Of a DNA stretch of 64,000 bases, positions 39,330-52,554 are shown piece by piece. Positions within the stretch are counted from its first letter, which is position 1; every line of letters begins with the position of its first letter. The notes under the pieces were generated by a model. It was given only the letters and a program-made list of their open reading frames with translations. It was not told where the DNA came from and ran no database searches. The translations under genes and the position numbers were made by a program. Location: the NCBI RefSeq assembly GCF_006345805.1, contig NC_043020.1, positions 21,328,001-21,392,000 on the forward strand, read 5' to 3'. The stretch is from Octopus sinensis (taxonomy: Eukaryota).

Positions 39330-40080
39330 AAATATTGCAGTCAGATCAGGAGAGTATGGAGGAGGAGGCAAAACTTCCAAATCTAATGCCATAGTCTTTT
39401 CCTGAGAGATTTGGGCAATACATGCTATGAAATATCTAGTAAGAGCAACACCCTTTACAACTGATCAATGACAGATGCTTTTTCCGAAAATTTATGTACA
39501 ATGTTTCCAAATGATGGCAATATATTTTCTCCACATTAACTGTTTCATTTTAGTTTAATGTTTCTTAGACACAGAGCCTTACTTTTTGTGGGTGTAGTCC
39601 TGGTTCGGGGATGGATTCTCCTTTTTCATTGAGTGCTAACCAGTCAATTTCATTGGATATTATTGAAGAGAACACACTTTTTATGACTTGTGATGATTCT
39701 CCCTAGAAAAGGTTTGGTAACAAGTCTACTCTTCAATGAAGAGCAGAGGACAACACTTTAAGCTGGGAAGCAATCAGACGAGGATGAACCCACTAACCAA
39801 ATGTTATGATCAAAGTGACTTGAACTGTTTTGCTAATTCTCATGGAATTTGCTTTTGACTTATCTCAGCTACAGTTTCAGAAGCTTGTTGTCAAGATTGA
39901 AGAGAATCTGTGAGAGAACAAACTACTGTTGGCATGTTCAAACACATAAAGCTTATTTCCATAAGCAGAACAAATATTTCTTGACACATCCATTACTGAA
40001 GAGCCTCTTTTAAGATCATATAGCATGCAGTATCTGACATGTGTCTGATCTAAACCCATTTGAATACAAGATGAATACAA
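39330..40080 (-). mobile_element. Degenerate mariner remnant
   Basis: HVRYCMLYDLKRGSS..RNICSAYG (ORF 39877..40080) and EVLPPPPYSPDL near 39345-39385. Confidence 0.7.
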
Positions 40081-40893
40081 ATTTAACCACTATAGTATAC
40101 AGTAATCTGCAAAGAAACAGAAAACAGTAGAATGTGAAATTAATGCTTATTTTACTGCAAGTATTGAAAAAGTACCCTTTAATGATCATGTTTAAAATGC
40201 AACAAGACTTTCAATAGATAGAGTGACAAACACAGTCACTGTAAAGAGACATGTATACCAACAAATTAAATGCTTGTACAACACAAGTACCACTCTATGA
40301 GTCTCTGTGATTAGTTCCTCATGACAGGCTGAAGAGAGATGACCAGTAATCATATGAAAACACAGGTTTTACATCAATATCCCTCTCCTAGAAAGATGAA
40401 GTGACAAGGGTATTTCTGCGTCTTCACCCTCAGATAAATAGTCATCACATATGTTACTTTACCCATAGCTGGAACCTTGATAGGTGCTACTACTCTGGGT
40501 CAGAGTAGACCTGAAAAGAGATGTTTCCACACACCTCAAAACATAAATAACCATACATGCACATAACCAGTGAGGATAGATCAAATATAGACATCAATAG
40601 ATAGATATAAACAGCACGTCTACTTTAGATATACACACACATATATACATATGTGGATACAATTAGAGGGGATATATTGAGTGCATGTGTGTGTGCATAT
40701 GTTTAATTATAAAAGATATATTAGATACATGTAAATTAAGTCAACCTCTCCTGGAATACCCACACAAATCTTTAAGTATTTGAAAAAAATATCTTTAAAA
40801 AAAATGAAAAGAAAAAATACTAAAAAATATATTTAAAAAAAATTAATTTCTTCCTCTTCCTGAAAGTTATTGCAGAAAGATAATATTTCTTAC

Positions 40894-41021
40894 TTTGCTG
40901 TATTGCATAATAGCTTCTTTATATTTCTCTATAATGTCATCTGGGTCTAAACAAGATTTCGGCTGTGTTCCTATTCCATCATAACCATTACTTATGCTTC
41001 GCTTGATGTGCAGAGGTACAC
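40894..41021 (-). CDS. TRAPPC9: TRAPPC9 exon (128 nt): GVPLHIKRSISNGYDGIGTQPKSCLDPDDIIEKYKEAIMQYSK
   Basis: tttttag acceptor, gtaag donor; resembles [21 protein letters not shown]. Confidence 0.92.
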
Positions 41022-41589
41022 CTAAAAATAACAACATCAATTTTAGTTAGTTCCCACAATACAGTCAACTTATTATATTCCTCAAATTATAACTTCTAAT
41101 TAACACAGAAATATTAACCATTTTGTTTTGCCATGTTTTAATAAACGTGTTTATTATGGGTCACCAGGACATACAAAGTCAACAATACTGGTAGTAATAG
41201 GTATGGCTATGCCTGTGTGAGTGAGAAACTCACTTAGCAACCATGTGGTTCTAGGTTTCATCCCATCACATGGCACTTTTTGGGATAACCACTGACTTGT
41301 GAGTAAAATTTTGTACATGTAAGTTATGCAGAAGTTTTGCCTTCTATATGCACACACATGCATTTTTTTTTATTTGTGGTTTAACAAAGCTACCTTTGGT
41401 TTCATGCTGAGAGAAATCTCTCAACAATTATCAAACCTGTCACATGGAACATTGGTACTTGTCTCCACCTAGGGTGAGAATACATGAAGCTACACAACAC
41501 TGTACAGGGTTTGGAGATAAATAAATATACAGATCATAGGAGGCAACTAACAAGAAAATCTTAATTGCTGTTTCCCTTGCATTAACCCT

Positions 41590-42949
41590 GGAAACTACAA
41601 ATTCTCCCTGCTTATAGCAAAACATGGAAAGAATTACACTATTGGAAAGCAATTGATTAAACCAGCTACCTCAATATTCTTAAAAACTGTACAACAAAAA
41701 GATGACAGAGATGTCAGGGCCATGCCACTCAGTCATAACATCTCCAACAGATGTGATGAAATGGAGCAAGATGTTGAGACATTAAAATTACAAAAATTCT
41801 CATTACAAATAGATGAATCCACATTTTGGGATAGTGAGGCTTTTACTGATTTATGTGAGATATATTGAGCATGAAACTTTTCAGGGAGAGATGTTTTGCA
41901 ATTCATTGGAAACGACTACAACTGCAAAGGTTATCCACAGCAAACTTAAACTTTATTTGGATGCAAACAAAATACCAAAAGAAAACTTACTATCATGTGC
42001 AGCAGACAGTGCACCTGCTATGATGGGCAAGAAAACAGGATGCTTAAAAATGATGAAGGATGAAAATCCAAACGTTGATTTTCCATTGCATCATATACCA
42101 AGAAAACTTGGTTGTCAAGAAACTGTTTCTCAGTGATAAATATGAAATGAAAATGCTGTCAGCAATGGATGGAAAAGCATTTGTCAGTTATTTAACAGGA
42201 AACTTGGAAACTTGAATAAACAACTCCAAGGTACAAACATGATGTTTGTTGATGCAAAAGCAAAAACATTTAGATTCATTACCACCCTCGAAATATGCCA
42301 AAAAAACGTTTCCCAAATAAATTTCAGTCAGTTGTACTGATTGAGTAGATGTGAAATAACGACTGATGCTGCCACCATAATTACGACCATTTGAATATCT
42401 TGATAAAGGACTTCAACAACAGATTTTGTGATTTGAAGGCAAGGAATTTTCCCTCATGGTTAACTCAACCACTGCTGATTGATGTTTCTGATGCTGCATT
42501 TCAATACCAAGAAGAGTTAACAGAATTGAAACATGATGAATCAGTGAAGACTTTGTTTAAATTGGAAGGTACAAATATGCAGTTATGTGATGAGGTTGAA
42601 AGAAAATAGCCCAACATCTCTACATCAGCAAGAGAAATACTGATTCTTTTTCCTTCTTCTTATTTGGTCAAATGTGAATTCAGTGCAGTTGACAATTTGC
42701 TGGGAGCCAAGAGAAACTGGTTTGAAGTTACAAAACATGGTGATTTACAGCTGAAGTTAACAAAATTGTCTCCTCAAATCAAGGATCTGTGCTGTATGCA
42801 CCAGGCACAAGGTTCTCATTAGATGAGTCAAGGTATCCATCAACCAGGTAAATGAATTAAAAATTGTTTCTATATTTAAAAAAAATGTTGATGAGCACCA
42901 GATTGTTATTAAAAAGTAGGGCAGCAGAAAAAATGGTTGGGAAACACTG
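41590..42949 (+). mobile_element. hAT (Buster/Charlie-type) transposon remnant
   Basis: FSLQIDEST, CAADSAPAMMG, FNNRFCDL and FPSSYL; 3' TIR ggttgggaaacactg at 42935-42949. Confidence 0.82.
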
Positions 42950-43229
42950 GTATACTAGAAAACATTTTCTAAGGTGTCATAGAGTGGATTTGAACCTAGA
43001 ACTATGTGGCTGGGAAGCAGGCTACTTACCACACAACAATAACTGTGCCTGTATATTTATTTACTATCTTATGTGTATTCTCATCCCAAATAGATACAAG
43101 TAACAATATTCCATGTGATAGATGTGATAATTATTGAGAGAATAGTTATCTACCAATATATTGTTGAGCACTGAGCACTTATTTTCACTGTTTGATATTA
43201 GCACACACATATATATATAAATATATATG

Positions 43230-43755
43230 AGCCGGTGGCACATAAAAAGCACCAACCGATCGTGGGATCCCGGAACATCTCGCTGTGCTTGAGGAGACCT
43301 GTTGAGTCAAGTGCATGTACATGAACATCGAACCAAATATCAATGGAAACAGTAGTTGTGATACCTGAGCCGGTGACACATAAAAAGCACCATCCGAACG
43401 TGGCCGTTGCCAGTGCAGCCGCCACTGGCTTCTGTGCCGGTGGCACATAAAAAGCACCATCCGAACGTGACTGATGCCAGCACCGCCTTGACTGGCTTCT
43501 GTGCTGGTAGCACATAAAAAGCACCAACCGATCATGGCCGATGCCAGACCCCTCTGGTACCTGTGCAGGTGGCATGTAAAAAGCACCCACTACACTCGCG
43601 GAGTGGTTGGCGTTAGGAAGGGCATCCAGCTGTAGAAACACTGCCAGATCAGACTGGAGCCTGGGGCAGCCCCTGGCTCCCCAGATCCCGGTCGAACCGT
43701 CCAACCCGTGCTAGCACGGAAAACGGACGTTAAACGATGATGATGATGATGATGA
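43230..43755 (+). mobile_element. RTE-tail SINE-like repeat with internal tandem units
   Basis: Repeated ggcacataaaaagcacc units; tail aagggcatccagctgtagaaac...gatgatgat. Confidence 0.8.
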
Positions 43756-43779
43756 TATATATATATATATATATACACA

Positions 43780-45780
43780 CTAGCAGAGATACCCAGCATT
43801 GGCCGTGTTACATGCAATTGAAGAATTAAACTTTTCTGTTATATTTTCTGTAATGAACTGGAATACCTATTTCTTTACTACCCACAAGGGGCTAAACACA
43901 GAGAGGACAAACAAGGACAGACAAACGGATTAAGTCGATTATACTGACCCCAGTGCGTAACTGGTACTTAATTTATCGACATCGACGGAATTTGAACTCA
44001 CAACGTAACGGCAGACGAAATACCGCAAAGCATTTCGCCTGGCGTGTTAACGTTTCTGCCAGCTCGCCACCTTATAAGGATAAAAGGCAAAGTTGACCTT
44101 CGCGGAATTTGAACTCAGAATGCAACGGCGGGCAAAATACTACAAAGCATTTCGCCCAGCGTGCTAACATTTCTGCCAGCTCGCCGCCTTTTTAACTGGA
44201 ATATCTATGATTTGAATTTCATCAAAATTTCAGATGAGGATTCTTTCCCTCTGTACACATGCTAAAAAAATTGTAATCATGACACATGTATCCCCTACTA
44301 CTGATTTTTATGCACAGATTCTAAAATTCCAGTCTTATAGAACCTGTTAAAAGGATTTTGCTCCTGAAAAATGGAGGTCATGGAGCTCTCAAATGTGGGA
44401 ATTAAGGCCTCTATTGGGGTGGGTGCCTTAATGTCAAACAGAAGTTAAATTATTGAAAATCTTTTTAACTTGGGTCTTATATCTAATGTTTGAATTTCTT
44501 TGAAATAGGAAATATATGAATGTTCACTGGGTTTGTAAAAGAGAGCAAAGCTACAGGAAACCAAAAGATGAATGATCACAATAAGCAGTCAGCTACCGTA
44601 CCCTAGTCGTTACCACTCCCAATGTAGGATTCCTCACCATACAGGTGACAGGCATAGCCATAAGATGCATTACGGATCTATAACAACTGGAAGGGTGTGA
44701 CCCAACTCAAATAAACATTAACAACTGTGTGACGTGAGGGCTAAGGAGAAATGAAAGTGTCACCTCTGGAGTTTGCAAATGACCACTATATTGATATGTA
44801 ACTGGATAGAATATATTTACAATCTATAAATGTCTTTGAATAAACAGTCACTCATCTGGGAAGGCCTTGAAATCAATGTTACCATCTGGGGACTATGTGT
44901 GACCCAGTGATAATAAAAAGACTGAAAAGAGGTCTGCAACCAAATAACTTTACTCAACACCTTGCAACTAAATCAGTGGAGGCAAAGATGCCTCTCATTT
45001 ACTTGACAATTTATGCAGCACATTGCAGAAATCACAATCTAAGTGTATGTCAAAGCAAATTCTTACACTGTTGTACCATTGAATTACAAATAAAAGCTCT
45101 ATAGCTTTTTATGCTACAGCTTGCAAGAGTACAACTGTATTTGTCTTTGCTTAGATAAACTGACTAAATTGTGGGTGTTAAGACCCCATGAAGGGGGTCT
45201 TTCTAACTTCTAAGAAGATGAAATTTTATAAATATTACTTCATTTGTGTCTAATATCTATGGTTAAAATTTCATCAACAGCAAAAATATATGAATTGTCA
45301 TGGGGGTTATGACCCTTATGCATAGAATATAATTTCCAAATTTCGTAAAGTACTTTTGACCTAGTTTTGGATCATAAAAGAAATAACTAAAATTTTGGAG
45401 TTAAGGCCTCCATTAGGGTGTCTTAGAATCCTCATGAGAAGTGGAAACTTTGAGAATACTTCGTGTGTATCAATTACCCATGGTTGAAATTTCATCAACA
45501 TCGAAAATTTATGAATTTTCATGGGGGTTCTGCCCCCTTTAAGCCATCTGAAATTCAAACCAAACATATTGCATTATACTCGCCCTTATGCATTGAATCT
45601 AAGTTCCAAATATCATAAGGATCCGTTCAGTAATTTTAGTCCATGAAATTGTATGAAACACACAGCATTACCCTTCTCCCTAGGCTTGGATTTTGTGTTC
45701 CAAATTTCATTAGGATTGGTGCAGCAGTTTTCGAATGTATAAGTAACACACGAATACATACGGAGATTTCATTTAATTGA
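43780..45780 (-). mobile_element. Non-autonomous Helitron (about 2.0 kb) with nested SINE fragments
   Basis: On the minus strand it begins A|TC (45781|45780) and ends with a GC-rich imperfect hairpin plus CTAG|T (43783-43780|43779). Confidence 0.65.
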
Positions 45781-45787
45781 TCAGTTG

Positions 45788-46563
45788 TTAACAAGACATA
45801 ACTACAGATTTCTGCATCCGCTTACCACCACTTTGGATGAAGATAACTTTCAGAAAAATGGATACTTTTTAATGAAATTTTCTACAAATATGTGTTATAT
45901 CATGTAGATTCTGACAACACAAAATAATAAACATGATACTGAATGGAATAATTCCGTTTGAACTTTTTTAATTATATATGCATATATGTGTGTGTGAGGA
46001 CACTGAGAATAAGCATGCCACATCTTTGTGCTTTTTTTTTTTCTACAGATTCTGACCTTGTCTTCAACAGAGATTCTGAATATGCAAAACAATCTACACC
46101 CGTTCCTTAACATTTTGATTTTTTTTCCCTAAATTTTACGACTGGGATTAAGGATTATATATAGATGCACAAAATGGAGAAACTGAAACAAATATGGATG
46201 ACTTCTTCCGAAACACGCCCAATGGGGAACAGTTTGCAAAAATAACCTCCAATTGTTTACCCCAAAAATCCTACATGCTTGGAATCTACATAGTCTGAGG
46301 TATATTTGTAGATAATTTCATTAAAACATATCCATTTTCCTGGAAGACAAGATGAATTGAAGAGGACACTGGTGAATTTTCCAAAAATCCTCCCACCTGC
46401 TCCTAAAACACTTTCCCCCAAAATTTTGTATATTCGAAATCTACATAATATAACACATATTCGTAGAAAATTTCATTAAAAAATATCCATTTTTCTGAAA
46501 GTTATCATCATCTAAAGTCGGATGGGGGCAGAAAGCCTGTGGTGAGATGGTACCAACTGTTAA
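45788..46563. mobile_element. MITE-like element with about 145-bp imperfect TIRs bounded by TTAA
   Basis: 45788-45935 is the reverse complement of 46420-46563; TTAA at both outer ends. Confidence 0.7.
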
Positions 46564-46989
46564 TGATCTCATAATGCATTTAATCCCAAACATAGCACAA
46601 AATTTTAGCAACAGTCAATGGCTTTGTTTTTCATCCTTTCGGCGTTGATAAATTAAGTACCAGTTGTGTACTGGGATCAATCTAATCGACTGGTCCCCTC
46701 CCCAAAAGTTTCAGACCTTGTGGAACAGGATTTATACACCAATTAAAAGACACACTCAAAACATCAGATATTTAGAAGCTCTAGATAATTAAACTGTGAC
46801 TGATTTCCGGATTTGTTTCAATACATTTCTTTAACTCATGTCAGCTGATAGAATTTTTGTTAAATGTACTTATTAACATGATGGGAGCACCCACAGGCCG
46901 GTTCCTCTCAAATTTATGCATTTTCAGGTTCAACATGTTTCAAATAAGTACTGACAATTGAAAGTGATTTCAGTGACAAAGAACTACCT

Positions 46990-49400
46990 GGTTTTTAACA
47001 ATTTTAACAGTGAGAACATTGGATAAAACATATTGTTGACATTAATAGTTTGTACTTCAGCTAATTACTATTGAGAACTGCATAATCCATGTTTCATTTT
47101 ACTTATAGATTTAAAAGGCATACTTAAATTTCATATTGTCTGCATAGCTTGCAGGGGTGGCTATCCAGGCACTTGAGGGCATATCTGAGAGGGCCACTAT
47201 AAAAAGAAGTGGTCCAAAGACAGTGCCCTGTGGAACACCACTCACTATTTGTGTTTTCATAGAGGTGGCTCCATTGGCCACTACTGCCTGACTTCTACCT
47301 TTCACGCAGTATGTGGCATATCATACCATGATCCACTTTGTCAAAAGCTTTTGCAAAATCAAGGTATATTTTGTCTACATTTGAGTCATTGAGTAACTGC
47401 CTCAACACACAGTTATAATGTTGTAAGAGCTGGGTCAGGCAGCGCCTACTTGGTCAAAAGCCATGCTGCATATCACTCAGCAAGTTATTTTCTTCAATGA
47501 ATGCGATTAGTTTCCCTCTGACTATCTGTTCCATGACTTTGCTGATGTGTGAAGCCAAAGAGATAGGCCTATAGTTTTTGGCATCTGCTCTGTTTGACCC
47601 TTTATTGATTGGGCATATTATTCCATCCCTCAGCTTGCTTGGAAGTCTGCCATTTTCAAGAAAGCTCTGGAAAAGAATTTGGAGGGGTTTTGCCAGGGTA
47701 CTCTTACACGATTTAAGGAGGATTGCTGCGAAACCATCAGGACCAGCAGTTGAGTTTGCATCCACCTCATCTTTGGCTAGTAGTATATCTTCTTCACTAA
47801 TGCCGATGTATTCCATCATAACTGCCTTGCTGGTTATAGGTGAGACAGTGTGGTAAAGACACTTTTGAACTGGTTGGACTATCTGTGAGGGAGCCATCTT
47901 TTGGAGGAGGGGTCCTATCTTGCAGCATATTGAGGCTGTTTCTTTTGCATAATGAAAGAAGGCCTTTGAGTTTGACTTAATGTTTTTTATAACCCAGGCT
48001 TCTATGTTTGCTTTCTCCCTCACATATGATTGTTGCAGGCTTTTTTCAATCTCCAATAGTGTTCTTTTTAGGCGGGACCTTTTGCTACTTTTGGAATGCT
48101 GATTCAGTCAATTTGCAACCTTTGACCATCGTCTCATGAGAATCTTCCTCTCCCTTGGAATCTTGTGCCTATTTGTTGTGGCCTTGTGCTCTGAGACATT
48201 TTTATGGCATATGGCTTGCACAACAGACATGAAATATTCTAGTCTCCTGTCAATGTCTGGTGTGTTGAGACATTTCAGCCAGTCTTGTCTGAGGATCTCT
48301 TTTTGGATCGATTTCCAGCCTGCTTTGTGGATGTTCAGATTGGAGAGATTTCAGGTGCTTCCTTTAGGCTGTATGTCTCTGGTTACTTTTGGCCCAAACA
48401 TAGACAGCTCTATTATGTTGTGATCTGAGACTAATGTCAGTGTCACTTTCACATCATGAATGATGTCCATATTGTTCGTGAAGCAGAGATCCAGAATGTT
48501 ATTCGCCCTAGTTGATCTGAGTACAGCTTGCTCCATGAATAGGGCATCGGTGAGGTTCAGCAGGGACTCCACCTGTGCTTGCTTGCAATAAGTCATTCCT
48601 GAAAGCATAAGGCCTTCAGGTCATTTGATGTTAGGGAAGTTGAAATCTCCCATAAAAAATATGGTCATGTGGCGTTCCAGATTCATGAGGATTTCTTTAA
48701 TTCTTGTGAGGCAATCTTCAAACTTGCCTATGTGGTTTTGAGTATTCGGTGGGTAATATGTATTGCATATGACTATATTGCATTGTCTTATGTATACAAT
48801 TAGAGTGTCACATACTGAATTTGAATATGGCAGTAAAACCTGGGGTGTGAGGTCGTCACGGATGTATACAGCAACTCCACCATGGCTCCTTTCTTTCTGT
48901 CTGTTCACAGTATGGCATACATCCTCTATATCAGGGCTGAGGTGAGTTTCCATGAGTGCTATGCATAGGGCTTGATTGCATGCAGCAAGGTCTCACAAGA
49001 AAGAAATGTTGCTTTTATTATGAAGCAACAGACTCCCAATATTTAGCAAAAATATTGGCATGACAACTGTGCAGGGGAGGCCATCCCATGTCTGTTGACT
49101 GTGGTGGTCTTGCACAATGGTGGGCAAAGTTCCTTGCTTGCACTTGGTGTAGCCAGGTCAGCTGCTGCACAATCTTTTGCACCATGTACAAAAAAGACTC
49201 TTGCTCAGCTGCTGTCTTGCACATAACCTCTGAAGAGGGCACATCTTTTGTAAATTTTTTCCTTGGAGACGTTTGTTGTCTTTCTTCAGGGACATTTTTC
49301 TCCTTAAGTCTCCTGTAGATTTGGTGGGGTATCGGACTGCTGGCCCAAGTGCATTGAAAAGGAAGGAGGCTATAGAAAAATGACATACTTGTTTATCCCC
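46990..49400 (-). mobile_element. Degenerate CR1-clade LINE (ORF1 remnant, EN, RT)
   Basis: METHLSPDI, MGDFNFPNIKW, NILDLCF, SDHN, NYRPISLASHISKVME, QHGF and GVPQGTVFGPLLF..YADN. Confidence 0.88.
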
Positions 49401-49989
49401 TGCTTTTGTGTAAATACATTGAAAAAACAAGAGTGCATATAATTTTCGACTCTCCCTCACATATAAACATATAAATATACATACACACATGCATATATAT
49501 GCATATACATGCACACACATACATACACCTGCATGGGGACACATATATGCATGCATGTATACACACACACACATATATATACAAATACATGCATACATAT
49601 CCATACATATACACACACACACAAGTTGATGATGATATATAAATGCACTATGCACACAAGGGGAGGGTCGTATGTTTACATTGGGTAGATGGCTGATCCA
49701 TTCAAGAATTGTTATTGCAACCATGTCACCAGTTTTAAGAGAATCAATAAGAGACATTCAACATCTTTGGCCAACCTTGTGTGGTGACTGAGGAGGATAA
49801 AATTAAGTATAACGAAACTTGGACCATAATAAGGCATACAAAATCATACAGTATCATTTCCAGGAGATGCTGACTCTGCTCCGAGAAATCCCTGTCTATT
49901 CTGTGGACCAATGAGAAGAACATTAAAAGAATTTCTGAAAGACTCTCAAGATGCCAACACGCATATAAATGTACTTTCGCACAATGCAG

Positions 49990-50617
49990 TGAGAATGTTC
50001 GAAGGTCAAGCTTCACTATCTCATCCCATGTTTTCCTGAGTCTACCTCTTCCACAGGTTCCTTCCACAGTTAGGGAGTGGTACTTCCTCACACAGTTGTC
50101 CTCATCCATATGTAACACATGACCATACCAGTGCAGTTGTCTCTCTTGCACACCACATTTGAAGCTTCTTATGTCCAACTTTTCTCTCAGGGCGCTTACA
50201 CCCTGTCATGTATACACACTGACATTACACATCCTGTGTGTCATACTAGCTTCATTTCTTTCAAGCCTACTCATATCCTCAGCAGTCATGGCCCATATTT
50301 CACTGCCGTGTAGCATGGCAGTTCACACACATGCATCAAAAGAAGGTTAACCAGGAAGATAGTTTTTGTGTGTGGTAGATGCACAGGGGCAATAAACACT
50401 GAAGATGTACAGAAAACAGATTCCATCACATGCCAGGGGGAAAAACTGGAAGTAGTTAATAGCTTCCACTACCTAGATGACCATGTCTGTAGTGGAAGTG
50501 GTGGCTCTGAGGGTGTAGCGGCTAGAATAAGAATAGCCTGGGCAAAGTTCAGGGAGCTTCTACCTCTACTGGCAACTAAGGGCCTCTCGCTCAGGATGAA
50601 AGATAGACTGTATGATG
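49990..50617. mobile_element. RTE 3' fragment with inverted 5' part (minus 49990-50338; plus 50337-50617)
   Basis: Both pieces match the RTE family in the window and are adjacent in element coordinates (...gactgtatgatg|catgtgtg...). Confidence 0.8.
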
Positions 50618-50632
50618 GATATATATATGTGC

Positions 50633-50678
<46 letters not shown>

Positions 50679-50691
50679 TTTATATATGGGA

Positions 50692-50757
50692 CCATGCTGA
50701 TGATGGCTGCACTTTTCCTTGCGGAAAATAACAGCCGAAACTAAATTTAGTACATGG
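50692..50757 (+). ncRNA. Type I hammerhead ribozyme (copy 1)
   Basis: ccatg-CTGATGA(50697)-t-ggctg...cagcc-GAAA-ctaaatttag-TA^catgg. Stem I is ccatg/catgg, stem III is the palindrome CUAAAUUUAG, and GUA cleavage is predicted after 50752. Confidence 0.88.
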
Positions 50758-51201
50758 GTAAATATTTATTTCGTATATTTTTCACTTGTTTATTGCTTTG
50801 GTTTTGTGTTGAGTTTGATCTGAGAACATAGACTTTTGTGGAGAATGGCGATTTGACGTCTATATCTAGCATGTTGACTGTCCACTCTTCGTGTTCAGTC
50901 CTAAATTGGTATATATAAATATTTTAATCTTCGGATTCTTTCTTTAATATGCTAGACCACTGGTTCTAATTGATAAATATCAATTTTTACCCTAAATTTA
51001 ATTTTATATAAATATTTGTTCTCTAACCGATAAATTAACTGCTGCTAACTATTAGCTGCAGGCTGGTTTTCTCGGGTCTCATCGCGCCAAAATAAAGACA
51101 TTTGAAATATATATTTCAAATGTAATAGGCCATACTCCATGCACGCAATATTTTCGGTATCGTGTTGGCATTTAGTGCAGCAAATTACATTTTATATGGG
51201 A

Positions 51202-51267
51202 CCATGCTGATGATGGCTGCACTTTTCCTTGCGGAAAATAACAGCCGAAACTAAATTTAGTACATGG
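51202..51267 (+). ncRNA. Type I hammerhead ribozyme (copy 2)
   Basis: Identical to copy 1 at +510; cleavage predicted after 51262. Confidence 0.88.
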
Positions 51268-51418
51268 GTAAATATTTATTTCGTATATTTTTCACTTGTT
51301 TATTGATTTGGTTTTGTGTTGAGTTTGATCTGAGAACATAGACTTTTTGTGGAGAATGGCGATTTGACGTCTATATCTAGCATGTTGACTGTCCACTTTT
51401 CGTGTTCAGTCCTAAATT

Positions 51419-51456
<38 letters not shown>

Positions 51457-51540
51457 CATATAAAGGTAATATGAATGTTTTCTTATGGTGTATATATCAT
51501 GGAATATACACACTGGTTTATTAAATAAGAATTAATATAC

Positions 51541-51678
51541 CTGTTCGACTTTTTATTTCATCCATCTTAGATTTTGATCTTTTAACACAAAATGATAAAT
51601 TTCTTCGTAATGTTGGACTACCTGTCTGTTGTGGATAAGTGAGAATTACAGATGAGGAGGAGAGACCCTCATAGCAAG
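51541..51678 (-). CDS. TRAPPC9: TRAPPC9 exon (138 nt): ACYEGLSSSSVILTYPQQTGSPTLRRNLSFCVKRSKSKMDEIKSRT
   Basis: Polypyrimidine tract plus ttgcag acceptor, gtat donor, phase 1 to 1; resembles AALEGLCSASVIYHYP. Confidence 0.88.
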
Positions 51679-52554
51679 CTGCAAGAAAAAAAATGAATAA
51701 GTTAAATTAAATTATAAAATCAATTCGGCTTTATTTTTATACATAGATACAGTGAAAAATTGTTGTTTACCTCAGGTCACTAATAGATTACAGAATCATA
51801 CAATGATACAATACTGAATATAATAATAACAACATATTAATTTTACATGTACAAGTTGACAAATATCTTCACACATGCAAATAGATCAATTAATGCATGC
51901 TAAGCTGTAAAGATTAAAATAAAACCATGTGCGCTAATATTTAACCCACTTGTTAATACTCAAATATGGAAAGATATTCACTGCAGTGATTGTCTTGGAG
52001 AAGATATTCTCCAAATATGTGTAAAACATGCATAAAACTACAGGTGTAAAATCATATTGAATCATCAGGCTCTGGATGATATGATTGGATTGTAAAACAT
52101 ATTATTATGATAAAGAACTATGTTTAGCAGTGAAAAAGAAAACCTGCTGTGATGGAGGAAAACTATATCTGAGTAAGAGTAAGAAAGCCTAAATGCTAGT
52201 AGAGGATGTGGTAGGTAACAGGAAGCTGCTGTTGAACTGGGAATGACAAAATGTCTGAGATGATGCTGAAGTAAAGTTATTTGATGTATGTGAATAAAAA
52301 GAGATAGAACTATTTTTCTAACTCTGGCTAAACTGGATGGACAACTAGAAATGTCCCACACAGGAGTTTTTTTCTTAACCCTCCCCAAACCCACTTCCAA
52401 TGTGCAGTTTTAGCTGTTATAAAATGCTTCGTGTCTTGGGAGTTAATAAAAGAAGTACTAGAAATAATAGTAGGATTTATTCAGAGGACTTTGCCCATTT
52501 TTTTCAACATAGGTGTACTTAAGTAACAAAGTTTACTAATAATAATAATAATTG

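Larger units (their letters stand above)
50684..51428 (+). mobile_element. Retrozyme/pLTR-like element: about 235-bp direct repeats with 510-bp period, each holding a hammerhead
   Basis: 50684-50917 and 51193-51428 differ at only 3 positions seen; flanked by (AT)n; no ORF. Confidence 0.85.

Noticed and set aside
20040-52075. Other CTGATGA motifs (about 20044, 26459 and 28810; minus strand about 52064)
   Set aside because: No downstream stem II-GAAA-NUH arrangement or stem I pairing was found.
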